A stretch of 52,039 nucleotides of DNA from Oscillospiraceae bacterium (GCA_015063765.1 SVTN01000001.1:1-52039); one strand, 5' to 3'. Shown: positions 35,701-45,565, counted from the first letter of the stretch. Numbers and translations are program-made. Notes: generated by a model not told the origin, from the sequence alone.

Positions 35701-36392
35701 CTCCCGCGATCCTCGCTGAAAAGCAGTACCTCTCCAAGAAGTCCGTATGGATCTTCGGTGGTGACGGTTGGGCATACGACATCGGCTTCGGCGGTCTTGA
35801 CCACGTTATCGCTTCGGGTGAGGACGTCAACATCATGGTATTCGATACCGAGGTGTACTCCAACACGGGCGGTCAGGCTTCCAAGGCATCCAACGTCGGT
35901 CAGGTTGCTCAGTTCGCAGCAGCAGGTAAGGCAATCGGCAAGAAGGATCTTGCACAGATCGCTATGTCCTACGGCTACGTTTACGTTGCACAGATCGCTA
36001 TGGGCGCTGACATGAACCAGACCCTCAAGGCTCTGACTGAGGCTGAGGCTTACAACGGTCCTTCCATCGTTATCGGCTACGCACCCTGCGAAATGCACTC
36101 CATCAAGGGCGGCATGCAGAACTGCCAGGCTGAGATGAAGAAGGCAGTTGAGGCAGGCTACTGGCAGATGTTCCGCTTCAACCCCGCTAAGAAGGCAGCA
36201 GGCGAAAATCCCTTCACCCTCGACTCGAAGGCTCCTACCGCTTCTTATCAGGACTTCATCATGAGCGAAGCTCGCTATGCGCGTCTTGCACAGCAGTTCC
36301 CCGAAAGAGCTGAAGAGCTCTTCGCAAAGGCTGAGGCAAACGCAAAGGCGAAGTACGATCGCCTCGTGAAGCTGGGCGAATTCTACAAATAA
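32727..36392 (+). CDS. nifJ: pyruvate:ferredoxin (flavodoxin) oxidoreductase
   Basis: 1221 aa. Two 4Fe-4S ferredoxin motifs (CIQCNNCAFVCPH, CMGCTLCVKACP) and a TPP-binding GGDGWAYDIGFGGLDH. GGAGG SD. Strongly biased codon usage. Confidence 0.95.
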   Translation: MERKKISMDGNTAAAHVSYAFTEVAAIYPITPSSNMAEVTDTWSASNKNIFGEPAKNIFGTNVKVVEMQSEAGAAGAVHGSLAAGALTTTYTASQGLLLMIPNMYKIAGELLPCVIHVSARCVASHALNIFGDHSDVYACRQTGFAMMAESNGQEVMDLGAVSHLATIKGRVPFINFFDGFRTSHEITKVAAWDYKDLAEMVDWDAVQAFRQRSLNPETNPVLRGSAENGDIFFQHREACNSYYDALPAIVEEYMDKVNAKLGTDYKLFNYYGAPDADRVIVAMGSVCDVAEEVVDYLMAQGEKVGLVKVRLYRPFVAAKLAEAIPATAKVISVLDRTKEPGSLGEPLYLDVIAALDEVGRDGVKVLGGRYGLGSKDTTPASIFAVYENMAGAKKNHFTIGIVDDVTGHSLDEKAAPNTAPVDMIQCKFWGLGGDGTVGANKNSIKIIGDHTDKFIQAYFQYDSKKTSGITISHLRFGDSPIKSSYYINKADFVACHNHAYLTKYDMISDVKPGGRFLLDCPWTAEELDAHLPASVKTYIAKNNIEFYTINATKIAIDIGNAKVKNTVLQSAFFALAKILPIDEAIEYMKKMAYKSYIKKGQAIVDLNYAAIDAGKDALVKVDVPAAWANAGETAPAAKATGERAELVDFVNEVVKPVVGMRGDSLPVSAFEKYVDGTFPQGAAAYEKRGVAVSVPTWIPENCIQCNNCAFVCPHATIRPFAMTEEEAKAAPASTKFCEKPVLKTNYKFTMAISPMDCMGCTLCVKACPVSNNALKKASEQVAAEHPEYDAKTAAKEAAKIAAPKLAIKMVPQAGEVDQQAAFDYAVAKVSEKPELINATIKGSQFKQPLLEFSGSCAGCAETSYARLITQLFGERMYISNATGCSSIWGGSAPATPYTVNAASGRGPAWANSLFEDNAEHGLGMYLGQKTIREKLIGKVEEMMASDKASDEFKAAAQAYLDTKDNGAANEKATKALVAELEKAAKEGCPVAPAILAEKQYLSKKSVWIFGGDGWAYDIGFGGLDHVIASGEDVNIMVFDTEVYSNTGGQASKASNVGQVAQFAAAGKAIGKKDLAQIAMSYGYVYVAQIAMGADMNQTLKALTEAEAYNGPSIVIGYAPCEMHSIKGGMQNCQAEMKKAVEAGYWQMFRFNPAKKAAGENPFTLDSKAPTASYQDFIMSEARYARLAQQFPERAEELFAKAEANAKAKYDRLVKLGEFYK

Positions 36393-36412
36393 TCGCGTCA
36401 AGCGTACCCATG

Positions 36413-36450
36413 GGTACCCCCGTTGCTAACGCAACGGGGGTACCTTTTTT
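36413..36450 (+). terminator. rho-independent terminator of nifJ
   Basis: GGTACCCCCGTTGC-TAAC-GCAACGGGGGTACC followed by TTTTTT. Confidence 0.9.
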
Positions 36451-36596
36451 CTGTTTTTTAATAAAGGAGAGAAAAGTCTTCACCTCACAAAATGACAAAA
36501 AAAGTTCAAACAAAATACCATTTTTTGAAGAGGCGTTATAGGGTATAATACTAATGTAGAATATTTCACTTTAAACAAAAACACAAGGAGAAGCAT

Positions 36597-39500
36597 ATGA
36601 AAAAGCAGGTTATCGGTTTTGTTTTGTTGCTTTCGATGATCATCACCGCATTCCCCTTTGCCATGCCCGCCGTCGCGGCGGCGGAGACTCCCGTTGCGGA
36701 GGAGGAGAATTACGTTGATCTCGACACCCTTTACGTAAAGGATGGACTGGTGTCGCATTTTTCCGCGTTTGGAGAAAACGCCTCCACCGTTGATCTTTCG
36801 GCGGGCACGTGGACGGATCTTGTGGCAGGAAAGACGGCAAGCTTCGGTAATAAGTCGGTGTGGTCCGTCAATACCAACGGTTCGGTCGGTTTCGTGACCT
36901 TTCGCGGTGCCCTTGTAGATGGAAAAGCAGATTTTGATACGAAGTCGTATGACAATTATACGACGGCAGCAACACGCCTGAATTTTGGGCTTTCTCTGCT
37001 TCCTGCCTCGGATTTCACCGTGGAATACATGGCAATGTACAAGCCGCTTTACGTTTATGATGCGGATAGTACGGATCATATTGCAAAAGAAGCAGACGGT
37101 ACTCGCATGGAGTCTTTTAACCAGGAGAACTTCTCGGTCGGCTTGCACGTATCTTATCCGATCGACCAGATGGGTTGGTTCACTTCCTACGTTACATATC
37201 TTGATTCCGACAAGCATTATTGGTCGCCTGTGGGAAGTTCGTATGCCGACCGTTCTTCCGGTATTGTCGGGCGCGGTACGGTGCATTGGCGCTTTTTTTG
37301 CCCCACGTGGACACATGGCGGTAACGGATGGCAGACGGTCGGTGGCTTGGGTCACGTTCCGGGCGCGGGTCTGAACAAGACAAGTGACGCTTTCCAAACC
37401 AACAACGTCATCCGTACCTACGGCATTTATCTTGACGAAACCTTGACGGTTGCCGATGACGGTACGCGTACGACAACGGCGTTGTTCGGTCTGTATCGTA
37501 ATGCACAAAAGTATGGTGATAACTCGAACAAGCTGAACTCTACCGCAAATGCGGATTCCGCATGCGGTTATCGCGATATTGACGCGTCGTATCCCGACAA
37601 CAACTTTAATTTCTGGCTCTCCTCGACCCGTGCTACCGATTTCTTCGGCGTGCGTATTTACGACAGAGTTTTGACCGATGCCGAACGAAAGCAGAACCAT
37701 GCAGTTGACATCCTGAACTACTATAAAGTCAAGATTTCCGAGGCTTATGCGGCAGATCAAACGGTCCTTAACCGTATCCTTGACCTTGTGGCAGACGAGG
37801 AGCTTCTTACCGATCCTCTTGCGTACGTTGCAAAGGCGGGTGAGGTGCAAGCCAAGGTGGAAAAATGCTATCCGAGCTTCAATACGCTTGACGAGCTTTA
37901 CGTCAAGGATGGCTTGGAAGCGCTCTATACCGCGTTCGTTGGTGACGGCGCTTTCGTCACCGCAAACGGAAGCGATCTTATTTGGCAAAACCGTCTTTAC
38001 GGCAGCATGGACGCTACCTTTAAAAATACGGGCTGGACCTATAACGCCGAGCGCGGCGGTGTCGGCTACGACCTCATTTACGGACAGATCTCGGCAGAGG
38101 GCGTTTTCTCTTCCTCGTATGCGGGAAACACGTATTCGAACGAAAACAGACTTCAGCTTAGCCTTGATGTTTTGCCGACGGAAGATTTTACGGTAGAGTA
38201 CGTTGCACGCTATACGCTGCAGTATGTCTACGACGCGCGTGTGGACGGGTTGGTATACGCTGTAGATTCGGGCGTTGACGCGAAGCCGAAAAATGATATC
38301 TATACGCCTGTGGATGCCATCGGTTTCCTTTGCTCTTACACGACGTACCGCGGAAACACGCTTGATGGAATTGCCGGAAAAATGCGTTGGAGAACGGTAG
38401 ATGCGGCTGGTTGGAAGACTTGGAGTGCCGATTACGGTATGTCGGGCAATGATCTCAACAACCGTTCCGACGGCAACATCGGCGTTTATGCGATTACGCG
38501 TGACGAAACTGCTACCGAAGCCGCTGTGACGGCACAATACGTGCACTATCTCAATCAAGCCTCCTGCCATGTGATGGATGCGAGCACAGAGATCACGAGC
38601 GGTACCGGCAGATATTTTAATAAGGATGACGATACCGATTTCTACCTTTCCGATAAGCTCGGTACGACCTTTTATGCACTTCGCGTCTATAACCGAGTTC
38701 TTTCTGCGGAGGAACAAAGACAGAACCGTGCGGTAGACCTCTTGCGCTACTATGATATCACCCTTCCCGAAGCGGTGTGGACGGATGAAGATCTGCTTTC
38801 GGCGCTTTACGCATCTGTTGCAACGCAGGGCTTTGCATACGACGCGCTCGATTATGCGGCAAACAAGGCAAAGCTGCAAGCTATCGTGAGCACGGCGATA
38901 ACCCGAGATACGCTGGTCGACAAATTTGCAAGTCCTGAGAATTTGACTGCGCTTTTCACAGCTTATGTTCCCGAAACGGTTGATCTTGCAAATCGCAAAT
39001 GGACCGATCTTGTCGCAGGAAAGACGGCAACCTTCTCCTATGGCGGTACAAACTATTGGCGCGTGAACGCTGATGGGTCGGTAGGTTACACCTCCTTCCG
39101 CGGCGCTTTGTCTGACGGTGTCGTTGCTACTGCATCCACCGATAACTATCAGCAAGCCAACAACCGTTTGCAATTCGGTTTGTCTTTGCTGCCTGAGAGC
39201 GATTTCTCGGTAGAGTATTTTGCAAAATACAAGCCCCTTTATGTGTACGATGCAAACGAAGCCGATAAGATCGCACGAGATGAAAGCGGCAACATGCGTG
39301 AGTCGTACCTTGAAGAGGTGCCCGTATCTCTCCATGTAACCTATCCCATTGACCAGCTCGGCTGGTTCACCTCTATTGTATCGCTTTTAGACACCACAAA
39401 GCACTATTGGAGTCCCACCACCGGCACCGCATATGCAGACAGAACGCACGTTTTGCAGCGCGGAAGTGTGCATTGGTTCTTTGATTGTCCCCAATGGAGT

Positions 39501-42500
39501 GGCGGTAACAATACGTGGTATGTGGACAACGGGGGACACTCGCCGAAGGGTGGTCTAAACCTTCCCGAGGATGCATTCCAGCACAACAATGAGATCAATA
39601 CCTACGGTATTTATCTTGATGAGACCTTGACCGTCGCCGCGGACGAAACAAGAACAACGACGGCGCTTTTCAGCCTTTACAGAAATGCCGCCCTTTATAA
39701 CAGCAGTTCTCATTCCACGAGCGGCACCAAGGGCGCGAGCTATTATGATATCGATACTGCGCTGACGAGCAAGCATAATTTCTGGCTCTCCTCGACCCGC
39801 GCTACCGATTTCTTTACTGTCCGTATCTATGATAAAGCTCTCACCGACGCAGAAAAGAAGCACAATTACGCAGTTGACTTGCTTCTTTATTACGGCGTTA
39901 CTCTGACAGATGAAATGTGGGAGAACGACGCGTTTATGTCGATCCTGCGTGCGTGTGTTCTGGAAGAAAAAGCCGTCACCGATGCTCTGGAAAGAGCCGC
40001 GATCGGTGCGAAGCTCCAGAAAACGGCAGATGCGATCCTTTCCGATCTTTCCAAGGTGAAAGAGATGACCTCGCTCTATGCAAAGAGCGAAAGCCTTAAG
40101 GCACTCTTTACCACCGAAGCTGTGAGCTCGGTTTCGGTAACGGGTGGCTGTTGGCGCGATTATGTCGGTGGCAACACCGCAACGCTCGGCAACGCCGCAA
40201 AGGGCTATTGGAAGATCCGTGAGGACGGCGCTGTCGGCTACGATGTTATCTACGGCGAGATCGACGGAAACGGCTACGGCAATTACACGAGCGAGTCTGC
40301 ATTCAACAACTATTCGGATTACGGAACCCGTCTTGAGTTTGGCATTGATCTTTTGCCGAAGGATGATTTTACCGTCGAATATCTTGCCGAATACCGTCCT
40401 GTTTATGCGGCGGATGTCAACGGTACTCCCTCGGTGGAAGCTTATGAATACGGCGCAACCTTGCCCGGAAGTCAGCAATACGGCGGCAATGCGATAGCTC
40501 CGATCGACCAGCTCGGCTATTTCCATTCCTGGACGACGCAGCGTGACGGTAAATTCTCAAGCACAAGCATTCGCGGCGGTATATATTGGTGCTACGGCGA
40601 TCTGACGAATGCTTCTGCCGGGGAGGGGTGGTCTGCGTATTGGTGGACGCAAGGCTTGTACAAAGCAAATGATATTTTCGAAACCCGTAACAGCATTCGT
40701 GCTTATGCCGTTTCACGCGATGAAACGAAGGATGCATCGGAGCTTGTGACGGCAAAATATACGCTCATTCGCGACCTTGCGACCTTTGCTACCGGCACAA
40801 TGAACAAGGATACGTTTGCGGCAAACAAGAATAATACGAATGCTTATACGCTTGATTTTGCAAATGACGATACGGGCTACTTCTATCTCTCTGAGCGTAT
40901 GTCCACTGACTTCTACACTGTTCGTGTCTACGATGTGGCGCTCACCGAGGAGGATTACGCGCGCAACCGCTTTGTGGATCTTCTGTATTTCTATGATGTG
41001 GAAATTCCCTCGTATCTTACCAAAGAGGAGCTTCTTTTGCAGCTTGCTGCCGAGGCCAAGGATATTGGCTTCGGTGCGGATCCGCTCTCTTACGAAGGAG
41101 GGCGTGCAACGCTTCTTGGTGTGATCCAAGAGCTTGAGGAGATCTCCGCGGAAAATACTCTTTACGTCCGGGAAGGTCTTCAGGCACTCTACACCGCTTT
41201 TGTAGGTGACGGCGATCTTCTTAGTGCATCCGATTCCGGCATGGTATGGCAAAACCGTATTCTCGGTGAAAAGGATGCTACCTTTGAGATGGCAGGCTGG
41301 AGCTATGGCAACGCAATGGGCGGTGTCGGATACGACGTGATCTACGGCACGGTCGATACGGCAAAGGGTACCTTCTCTGCCTCCGGTGCGCAAAACAACT
41401 ATGATCGCGGCAATCGCTTGAATCTCGGTCTTGATCTTTTGCCCACGGAAGACTTTACCCTTGAATACGTGGCGAATTACCGTCCCGTTCTTTCCTATGA
41501 CAGCGCAACGGGCGGGCTTGTTGATGCATATGCAACCGGCATATCCATTACCATGCCGACCGGGACGACGGAGCCGGTGGATACCGTTGGCTTCCTTTCT
41601 TCGTATACGACACAGCACGGCGGAAACTTCTATGTAACGAGCGGCGTTAACGTGCTTGGACTCTTACGTTGGCGCAGTATAGATAAGGCAGGCTATAAAA
41701 CGTGGGAAGCCAACGGTTATGACTGGGGCGGGAATCTTGTGACCGCAAACCGTGCGTCACGTACCATAGAAACGTATGCCATCACACGTGACGAAACCAC
41801 GACGGCAGATGCCGTCACGGCGACCTATACTCATCGCTTAAACGGCGCATCGGTGTGCAGTGCAAATTACAGCTCTGTGAATACCACCGGCGCGAACAGG
41901 TATTACAGCTTTGAGGATGATACCGAGTTCTACCTCTCCTATAAGCTCGGCACCACCTTCTATGCCGTTCGCGTCTATGACCGTGTCTTAAGCGAGGCGG
42001 AGCAGAAGCAGAACCGTATGGCAGATATTTTGAACTATTACGGTGTTGCTATCCCCGACAGCTTCCTTGAAAACCAAGCACGGTATGATTACGTTCTGTC
42101 GCTTTGCGAAACACTTGATTTTGAAGAGGATGCCGCGCGCTACGCGGAGATCAAGAGCACGCTTCAAACCGCAGTCATCGGCAACGATAAGCAGGTGACG
42201 GTCACCGTCGGTGACCGCTCCACCACCGAGATCGTCTACGGCGACAGCTATCTGTTGCCGAAGTCGGTAGAGGGCACCAATCTTTTTGCTTGGCATAAGC
42301 TTGACGCCGAGGGCAACAAGATTGCAAGCTACGAGCCGGGTGCTGTGGTACAGCTTACCGAAAGTGAAACGACCTTCCGCGCGCTCGTTTTGAGCGCTCC
42401 CGAAACGGTGTACGGTGTCAGCATAAAGGTAATGCCCGAGGACGGCTTCGGTATGCGCTTCACCTCGACTGTGGATAAGTCTGAAATGAAGGCGATCATC

Positions 42501-44228
42501 GACGAGTACGGGGGGGAGAACATTCAGCTTTCCATCCTCATCACGCCCAAGGCTTACGTTGACAGAGCAGGCGGCTTCACGCGTGAGAAGCTTCGAAATT
42601 ACGTGGTTAGCAACAGTGAGAGCTCTGCGAATGCTTACATTGAAATTCAGTCGTACGGCTTCTACAAGGTGGACGAGGACGTTTGCACGATTGCGGGCAC
42701 CATTTATAAGTTCTCGGATATCACCATCGCAAAGAATCCCGCATTTGCCGCCATCGGATGTATTGACGTAGATACCGACGGCGACGGCACCTATGATAAG
42801 ACGGTGTACGGCAGCTTTGCAAGCTCTACCGCACGCTCGCCGAAGAAGACGGTGGAGAGCGTTCGTTATATGGGGCTCGAAATGACCAACACACAGAAGG
42901 AATGGGTGGATGATTTCTTGAAAAATTACACCGATAGAACCTATGGGCAAGAGGGCGACAAGACGGTAGAAGAGCAGAGAGGGGAAATTCAGGATGCCTT
43001 TGATGCGGCAATGAATACCACCGTCGATTATACGGTTCATTCCTTTGCCGAAAACGAGGTCGACGAGAAATATGCGCACATTCAGGCAATCAGCTTTGAC
43101 GGGCTTGATGTCGGAGGCAAGAAGACGCGCATCTTTGCTTATGTCGGACTTCCCGAGGGGGCTTCTCCCGAAAACCCCGTGCCTGCGATGGTGCTCGTGC
43201 ACGGCGGCGGCGGTCACGCTTATATGGAGTGGGTGCGCCTTTGGAACGAACGCGGCTATGCCGCCATCGCAATGGAAAACGTAGGGCATTTCCCGGTAAC
43301 GCCCGGTGCGGGTGTTACCGATAGCAATGCAGTCACGGCGCGGGAATTTCCGCAGTATATCCTTGATGTCATTGATGAAGAGGAATACGTGATCGCACCC
43401 GACCGTGTGATGAAGAACTCTTATGCCGAAATCGACGAGCATTGGCAGTATCACGGTCTTTCCGCCGTTATTCTTTCTCATAATGTCCTTCGTCAGAATG
43501 CATCTGTAGATGCTTCTCGCATCGGTACGATCGGCGTTTCGTGGGGTGGAACGATGGTCTCGCAGGTTATCGGCTATGATACTCGCTTTGCCTTTGCAAT
43601 TCCCGTTTACGGTACGGCGTATATCTCCGAGCCCGAGCGTCCCTTTATCGGTAGCAATTACGTAGACGATCTTTGGGCGGCAGAGCGCAATCTTGACAAC
43701 TTCAAGAATCCTATCATGTGGCTCGCATGGGCAGACGATAACAACTTTGTTATGAGCTCTTATACGAAGTCCTATTTGCACTCGCGCAAGAATAATCCAA
43801 AGACGACGCTCGTTGTGCTCGCTGACTGGCGGCACAGCCACAACCAGACGTGGAATAAGGAGCATGGCTACGCCTTTGCCGATTCGATCTGCTTCCCTGA
43901 GGCATCGGATTATGCAAGCTTCATTTGGGAGCCGTCGGGTCAGAATGCCTTGAGTCAGGTGCTTCTTCCCGAGGGTGCAACGGATGTTTCGGTACGCTTC
44001 CACTATTTGACCGAGCCGATGGTTTACAAAACCTATAACAAGTATTTTGAAAGCAGCTGGCTGGCAGAAAGCTGGAAGACGGACAACAAAACGCTCACGA
44101 TCGATCCGCTGACGGGTAAGATCACGGGAACCGTGCCCAAGGGGGTACGCTCCTATTACATCAGCGTTCTTTATACCGTGAACGGTAAGGCGCTGGAGGT
44201 CAGCTCGAGCTTCGTTTATATCCGTTAA
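36597..44228 (+). CDS. 2543-aa secreted multi-domain protein: five LamG/concanavalin-like modules plus a C-terminal alpha/beta-hydrolase (acetyl-xylan-esterase-like) domain
   Basis: Signal peptide MKKQVIGFVLLLSMIITAFPFAMPAVAAAE. Five roughly 340-380-aa modules each end in a motif like DFF.VRIYDR.L...E..QN..VD.L.YY. The C-terminal region has VLVHGGGG and GVSWGG (G-x-S-x-G). Confidence 0.85.
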   Translation: MKKQVIGFVLLLSMIITAFPFAMPAVAAAETPVAEEENYVDLDTLYVKDGLVSHFSAFGENASTVDLSAGTWTDLVAGKTASFGNKSVWSVNTNGSVGFVTFRGALVDGKADFDTKSYDNYTTAATRLNFGLSLLPASDFTVEYMAMYKPLYVYDADSTDHIAKEADGTRMESFNQENFSVGLHVSYPIDQMGWFTSYVTYLDSDKHYWSPVGSSYADRSSGIVGRGTVHWRFFCPTWTHGGNGWQTVGGLGHVPGAGLNKTSDAFQTNNVIRTYGIYLDETLTVADDGTRTTTALFGLYRNAQKYGDNSNKLNSTANADSACGYRDIDASYPDNNFNFWLSSTRATDFFGVRIYDRVLTDAERKQNHAVDILNYYKVKISEAYAADQTVLNRILDLVADEELLTDPLAYVAKAGEVQAKVEKCYPSFNTLDELYVKDGLEALYTAFVGDGAFVTANGSDLIWQNRLYGSMDATFKNTGWTYNAERGGVGYDLIYGQISAEGVFSSSYAGNTYSNENRLQLSLDVLPTEDFTVEYVARYTLQYVYDARVDGLVYAVDSGVDAKPKNDIYTPVDAIGFLCSYTTYRGNTLDGIAGKMRWRTVDAAGWKTWSADYGMSGNDLNNRSDGNIGVYAITRDETATEAAVTAQYVHYLNQASCHVMDASTEITSGTGRYFNKDDDTDFYLSDKLGTTFYALRVYNRVLSAEEQRQNRAVDLLRYYDITLPEAVWTDEDLLSALYASVATQGFAYDALDYAANKAKLQAIVSTAITRDTLVDKFASPENLTALFTAYVPETVDLANRKWTDLVAGKTATFSYGGTNYWRVNADGSVGYTSFRGALSDGVVATASTDNYQQANNRLQFGLSLLPESDFSVEYFAKYKPLYVYDANEADKIARDESGNMRESYLEEVPVSLHVTYPIDQLGWFTSIVSLLDTTKHYWSPTTGTAYADRTHVLQRGSVHWFFDCPQWSGGNNTWYVDNGGHSPKGGLNLPEDAFQHNNEINTYGIYLDETLTVAADETRTTTALFSLYRNAALYNSSSHSTSGTKGASYYDIDTALTSKHNFWLSSTRATDFFTVRIYDKALTDAEKKHNYAVDLLLYYGVTLTDEMWENDAFMSILRACVLEEKAVTDALERAAIGAKLQKTADAILSDLSKVKEMTSLYAKSESLKALFTTEAVSSVSVTGGCWRDYVGGNTATLGNAAKGYWKIREDGAVGYDVIYGEIDGNGYGNYTSESAFNNYSDYGTRLEFGIDLLPKDDFTVEYLAEYRPVYAADVNGTPSVEAYEYGATLPGSQQYGGNAIAPIDQLGYFHSWTTQRDGKFSSTSIRGGIYWCYGDLTNASAGEGWSAYWWTQGLYKANDIFETRNSIRAYAVSRDETKDASELVTAKYTLIRDLATFATGTMNKDTFAANKNNTNAYTLDFANDDTGYFYLSERMSTDFYTVRVYDVALTEEDYARNRFVDLLYFYDVEIPSYLTKEELLLQLAAEAKDIGFGADPLSYEGGRATLLGVIQELEEISAENTLYVREGLQALYTAFVGDGDLLSASDSGMVWQNRILGEKDATFEMAGWSYGNAMGGVGYDVIYGTVDTAKGTFSASGAQNNYDRGNRLNLGLDLLPTEDFTLEYVANYRPVLSYDSATGGLVDAYATGISITMPTGTTEPVDTVGFLSSYTTQHGGNFYVTSGVNVLGLLRWRSIDKAGYKTWEANGYDWGGNLVTANRASRTIETYAITRDETTTADAVTATYTHRLNGASVCSANYSSVNTTGANRYYSFEDDTEFYLSYKLGTTFYAVRVYDRVLSEAEQKQNRMADILNYYGVAIPDSFLENQARYDYVLSLCETLDFEEDAARYAEIKSTLQTAVIGNDKQVTVTVGDRSTTEIVYGDSYLLPKSVEGTNLFAWHKLDAEGNKIASYEPGAVVQLTESETTFRALVLSAPETVYGVSIKVMPEDGFGMRFTSTVDKSEMKAIIDEYGGENIQLSILITPKAYVDRAGGFTREKLRNYVVSNSESSANAYIEIQSYGFYKVDEDVCTIAGTIYKFSDITIAKNPAFAAIGCIDVDTDGDGTYDKTVYGSFASSTARSPKKTVESVRYMGLEMTNTQKEWVDDFLKNYTDRTYGQEGDKTVEEQRGEIQDAFDAAMNTTVDYTVHSFAENEVDEKYAHIQAISFDGLDVGGKKTRIFAYVGLPEGASPENPVPAMVLVHGGGGHAYMEWVRLWNERGYAAIAMENVGHFPVTPGAGVTDSNAVTAREFPQYILDVIDEEEYVIAPDRVMKNSYAEIDEHWQYHGLSAVILSHNVLRQNASVDASRIGTIGVSWGGTMVSQVIGYDTRFAFAIPVYGTAYISEPERPFIGSNYVDDLWAAERNLDNFKNPIMWLAWADDNNFVMSSYTKSYLHSRKNNPKTTLVVLADWRHSHNQTWNKEHGYAFADSICFPEASDYASFIWEPSGQNALSQVLLPEGATDVSVRFHYLTEPMVYKTYNKYFESSWLAESWKTDNKTLTIDPLTGKITGTVPKGVRSYYISVLYTVNGKALEVSSSFVYIR
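36717..42190 (+). repeat. five tandem intragenic protein-module repeats (approximate boundaries 36717, 37881, 38906, 40056, 41146, 42190)
   Basis: Modules 1 and 3 resemble each other closely (type A), as do modules 2 and 5 (type B). Module 4 is intermediate. Similarity between modules 1 and 3 is visible at the DNA level around the WLSSTRATDFF motif. Confidence 0.7.
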
Positions 44229-44236
44229 AACTAAAA

Positions 44237-44267
44237 GAAAAGGCGGCATCACGGATGCCGCCTTTTT
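44237..44267 (+). terminator. rho-independent terminator of the giant gene
   Basis: AAAGGCGGCATC-ACG-GATGCCGCCTTT followed by TT. Confidence 0.8.
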
Positions 44268-44273
44268 GAAAGG

Positions 44274-44304
44274 AAAACGGTCTTCGCTTGAAGACCGTTT
44301 TTTT
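44274..44304 (-). terminator. terminator hairpin for folC
   Basis: ACGGTCTTC-GCTT-GAAGACCGT with T-runs on both strands. Confidence 0.65.
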
Positions 44305-45565
44305 ACTTTATTGCTTTTTTTACGCTGTCATAGAGGTAAAGAGAACCCAAACAAACAACGGGGCGTGCTTGCTCCTTTGCGGAAATCATCGCTTTTTGTA
44401 AAGCGTTCTTTACGGTTGTGCAGGCTGTGGCAGGAATGCCTGTTTCGCAAAGCACGGCGGCATACGCCTTGGCGTCCAAGGCGCGTGCACTTTTCGGAGT
44501 GACGGTAAACGCGGTATGCGTGAGAGGGGCGAGCTTGGCGGCGATGGCTTTATAATCCTTGTCGCGGAGAATGCCGCTGACGAGAATGATGCCGTTTTTA
44601 AAGTAGGCGCGGATGCTTTCCGCAGCGGCGTCGATTCCTTCGGGATTGTGCGCGCCGTCAAAGAAAATGGGCGGATCGCTTGAGAGCTTTTCAAATCGCC
44701 CCTCCCAAGCAACGCAGGCGAGCCCGCGGCGGATGGCGTCCTCGTTCAAGAGAGGCAACCGATCCTTTAAAAGAGAGATCGCCGTGAGGGCGGTGGCGGC
44801 GTTTTTTAACTGATACATGCCGAGCAAGGGGAGTGTGATCCCACGCATGCCGTCAAAGGAAAAACGGGTCCCGTCCGGCGTGGATTGCTCCTTTTCGAGA
44901 AGGTCGTATCTTGTTTTGTAAAGAGGGGCGTGAAGCTTGTCTGCTTCTTTCCTGATGACTTCTTCTGCCTCTCCCTCCTTACCGCCGTACAGGACGGGGG
45001 CGTTTTCCTTGATGATGCCTGCCTTCACATACGCAATGTCGGCGAGGGTGTTTCCGAGAAAGGCGGTGTGGTCAATAGAGATGCCTGTGATCACCGAGAG
45101 CAGGGGCTTTTCTATCACGTTCGTTGCATCAAGCCGTCCCCCCATGCAGACCTCAACGACGGCGACGTCGACCCTCGCTTCCTTCAAAGCAAGAAAGGCG
45201 ATCACCGTCAGAAGCTCAAACTCGGTGGGGGCGTCGTCCATATCGCAGGCGGCTGCAAAGACCTTTTTTGCCACGCTTGTGAAGCGGCGCTTGGGGATGG
45301 GCAGGTTATTGATGCGGATACATTCGGTCGGAAGGGAAAGGTAGGGGGAAGAAAATTGCCCCGTTTTGTAGCCTGCGGCTGTGAGAATAGAGGCGAGCAT
45401 CAGCGAGGTCGAGCCCTTGCCGTTCGTCCCCGTTACGTGGATGACACGGAAGGCACGCTCGGGATGTCCAAGACGTGCGCAAAGCTCCTCTACACGCTCC
45501 GTTCCCGGCTTGCAGAAGATGTGTGTCGCTTCCTTTAAGCGGAGAGCGGCTTCCTTAAACGTCAT
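44303..45565 (-). CDS. folC: bifunctional folylpolyglutamate synthase / dihydrofolate synthase
   Basis: HVTGTNGKGST P-loop and a Mur-ligase fold. ATG 45565 overlaps the folT 3' end by 11 nt. Confidence 0.9.
   Translation of the reverse strand: MTFKEAALRLKEATHIFCKPGTERVEELCARLGHPERAFRVIHVTGTNGKGSTSLMLASILTAAGYKTGQFSSPYLSLPTECIRINNLPIPKRRFTSVAKKVFAAACDMDDAPTEFELLTVIAFLALKEARVDVAVVEVCMGGRLDATNVIEKPLLSVITGISIDHTAFLGNTLADIAYVKAGIIKENAPVLYGGKEGEAEEVIRKEADKLHAPLYKTRYDLLEKEQSTPDGTRFSFDGMRGITLPLLGMYQLKNAATALTAISLLKDRLPLLNEDAIRRGLACVAWEGRFEKLSSDPPIFFDGAHNPEGIDAAAESIRAYFKNGIILVSGILRDKDYKAIAAKLAPLTHTAFTVTPKSARALDAKAYAAVLCETGIPATACTTVKNALQKAMISAKEQARPVVCLGSLYLYDSVKKAIK

Noticed and set aside
32634-36401. 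1255-aa ORF on the minus strand covering all of nifJ. There are similar long antisense ORFs opposite most real genes (for example 4377..5936, 6245..7606, 9595..11172, 25911..27302, 31385..32572, 36480..39335, 41988..44252, 47234..49219, 49553..50668).
   Set aside because: For nifJ and 36480..39335 I checked coordinates mod 3 and the antisense ORF is codon-aligned with the sense gene; I assume the same for the others. In that frame, antisense stops arise only from sense TTA, CTA and TCA codons, which these GC-biased genes avoid. The translations are low-complexity (R/G/A/V/H-rich) with no recognisable domains, while the sense proteins are unambiguous homologs.
36449-36596. Small ORFs in AT-rich intergenic regions, for example an 18-codon ORF at about 36511 and a 24-codon ORF at about 49422.
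   Set aside because: No correctly spaced SD, no terminator logic and no sequence features. These regions are better explained as promoter and leader DNA.
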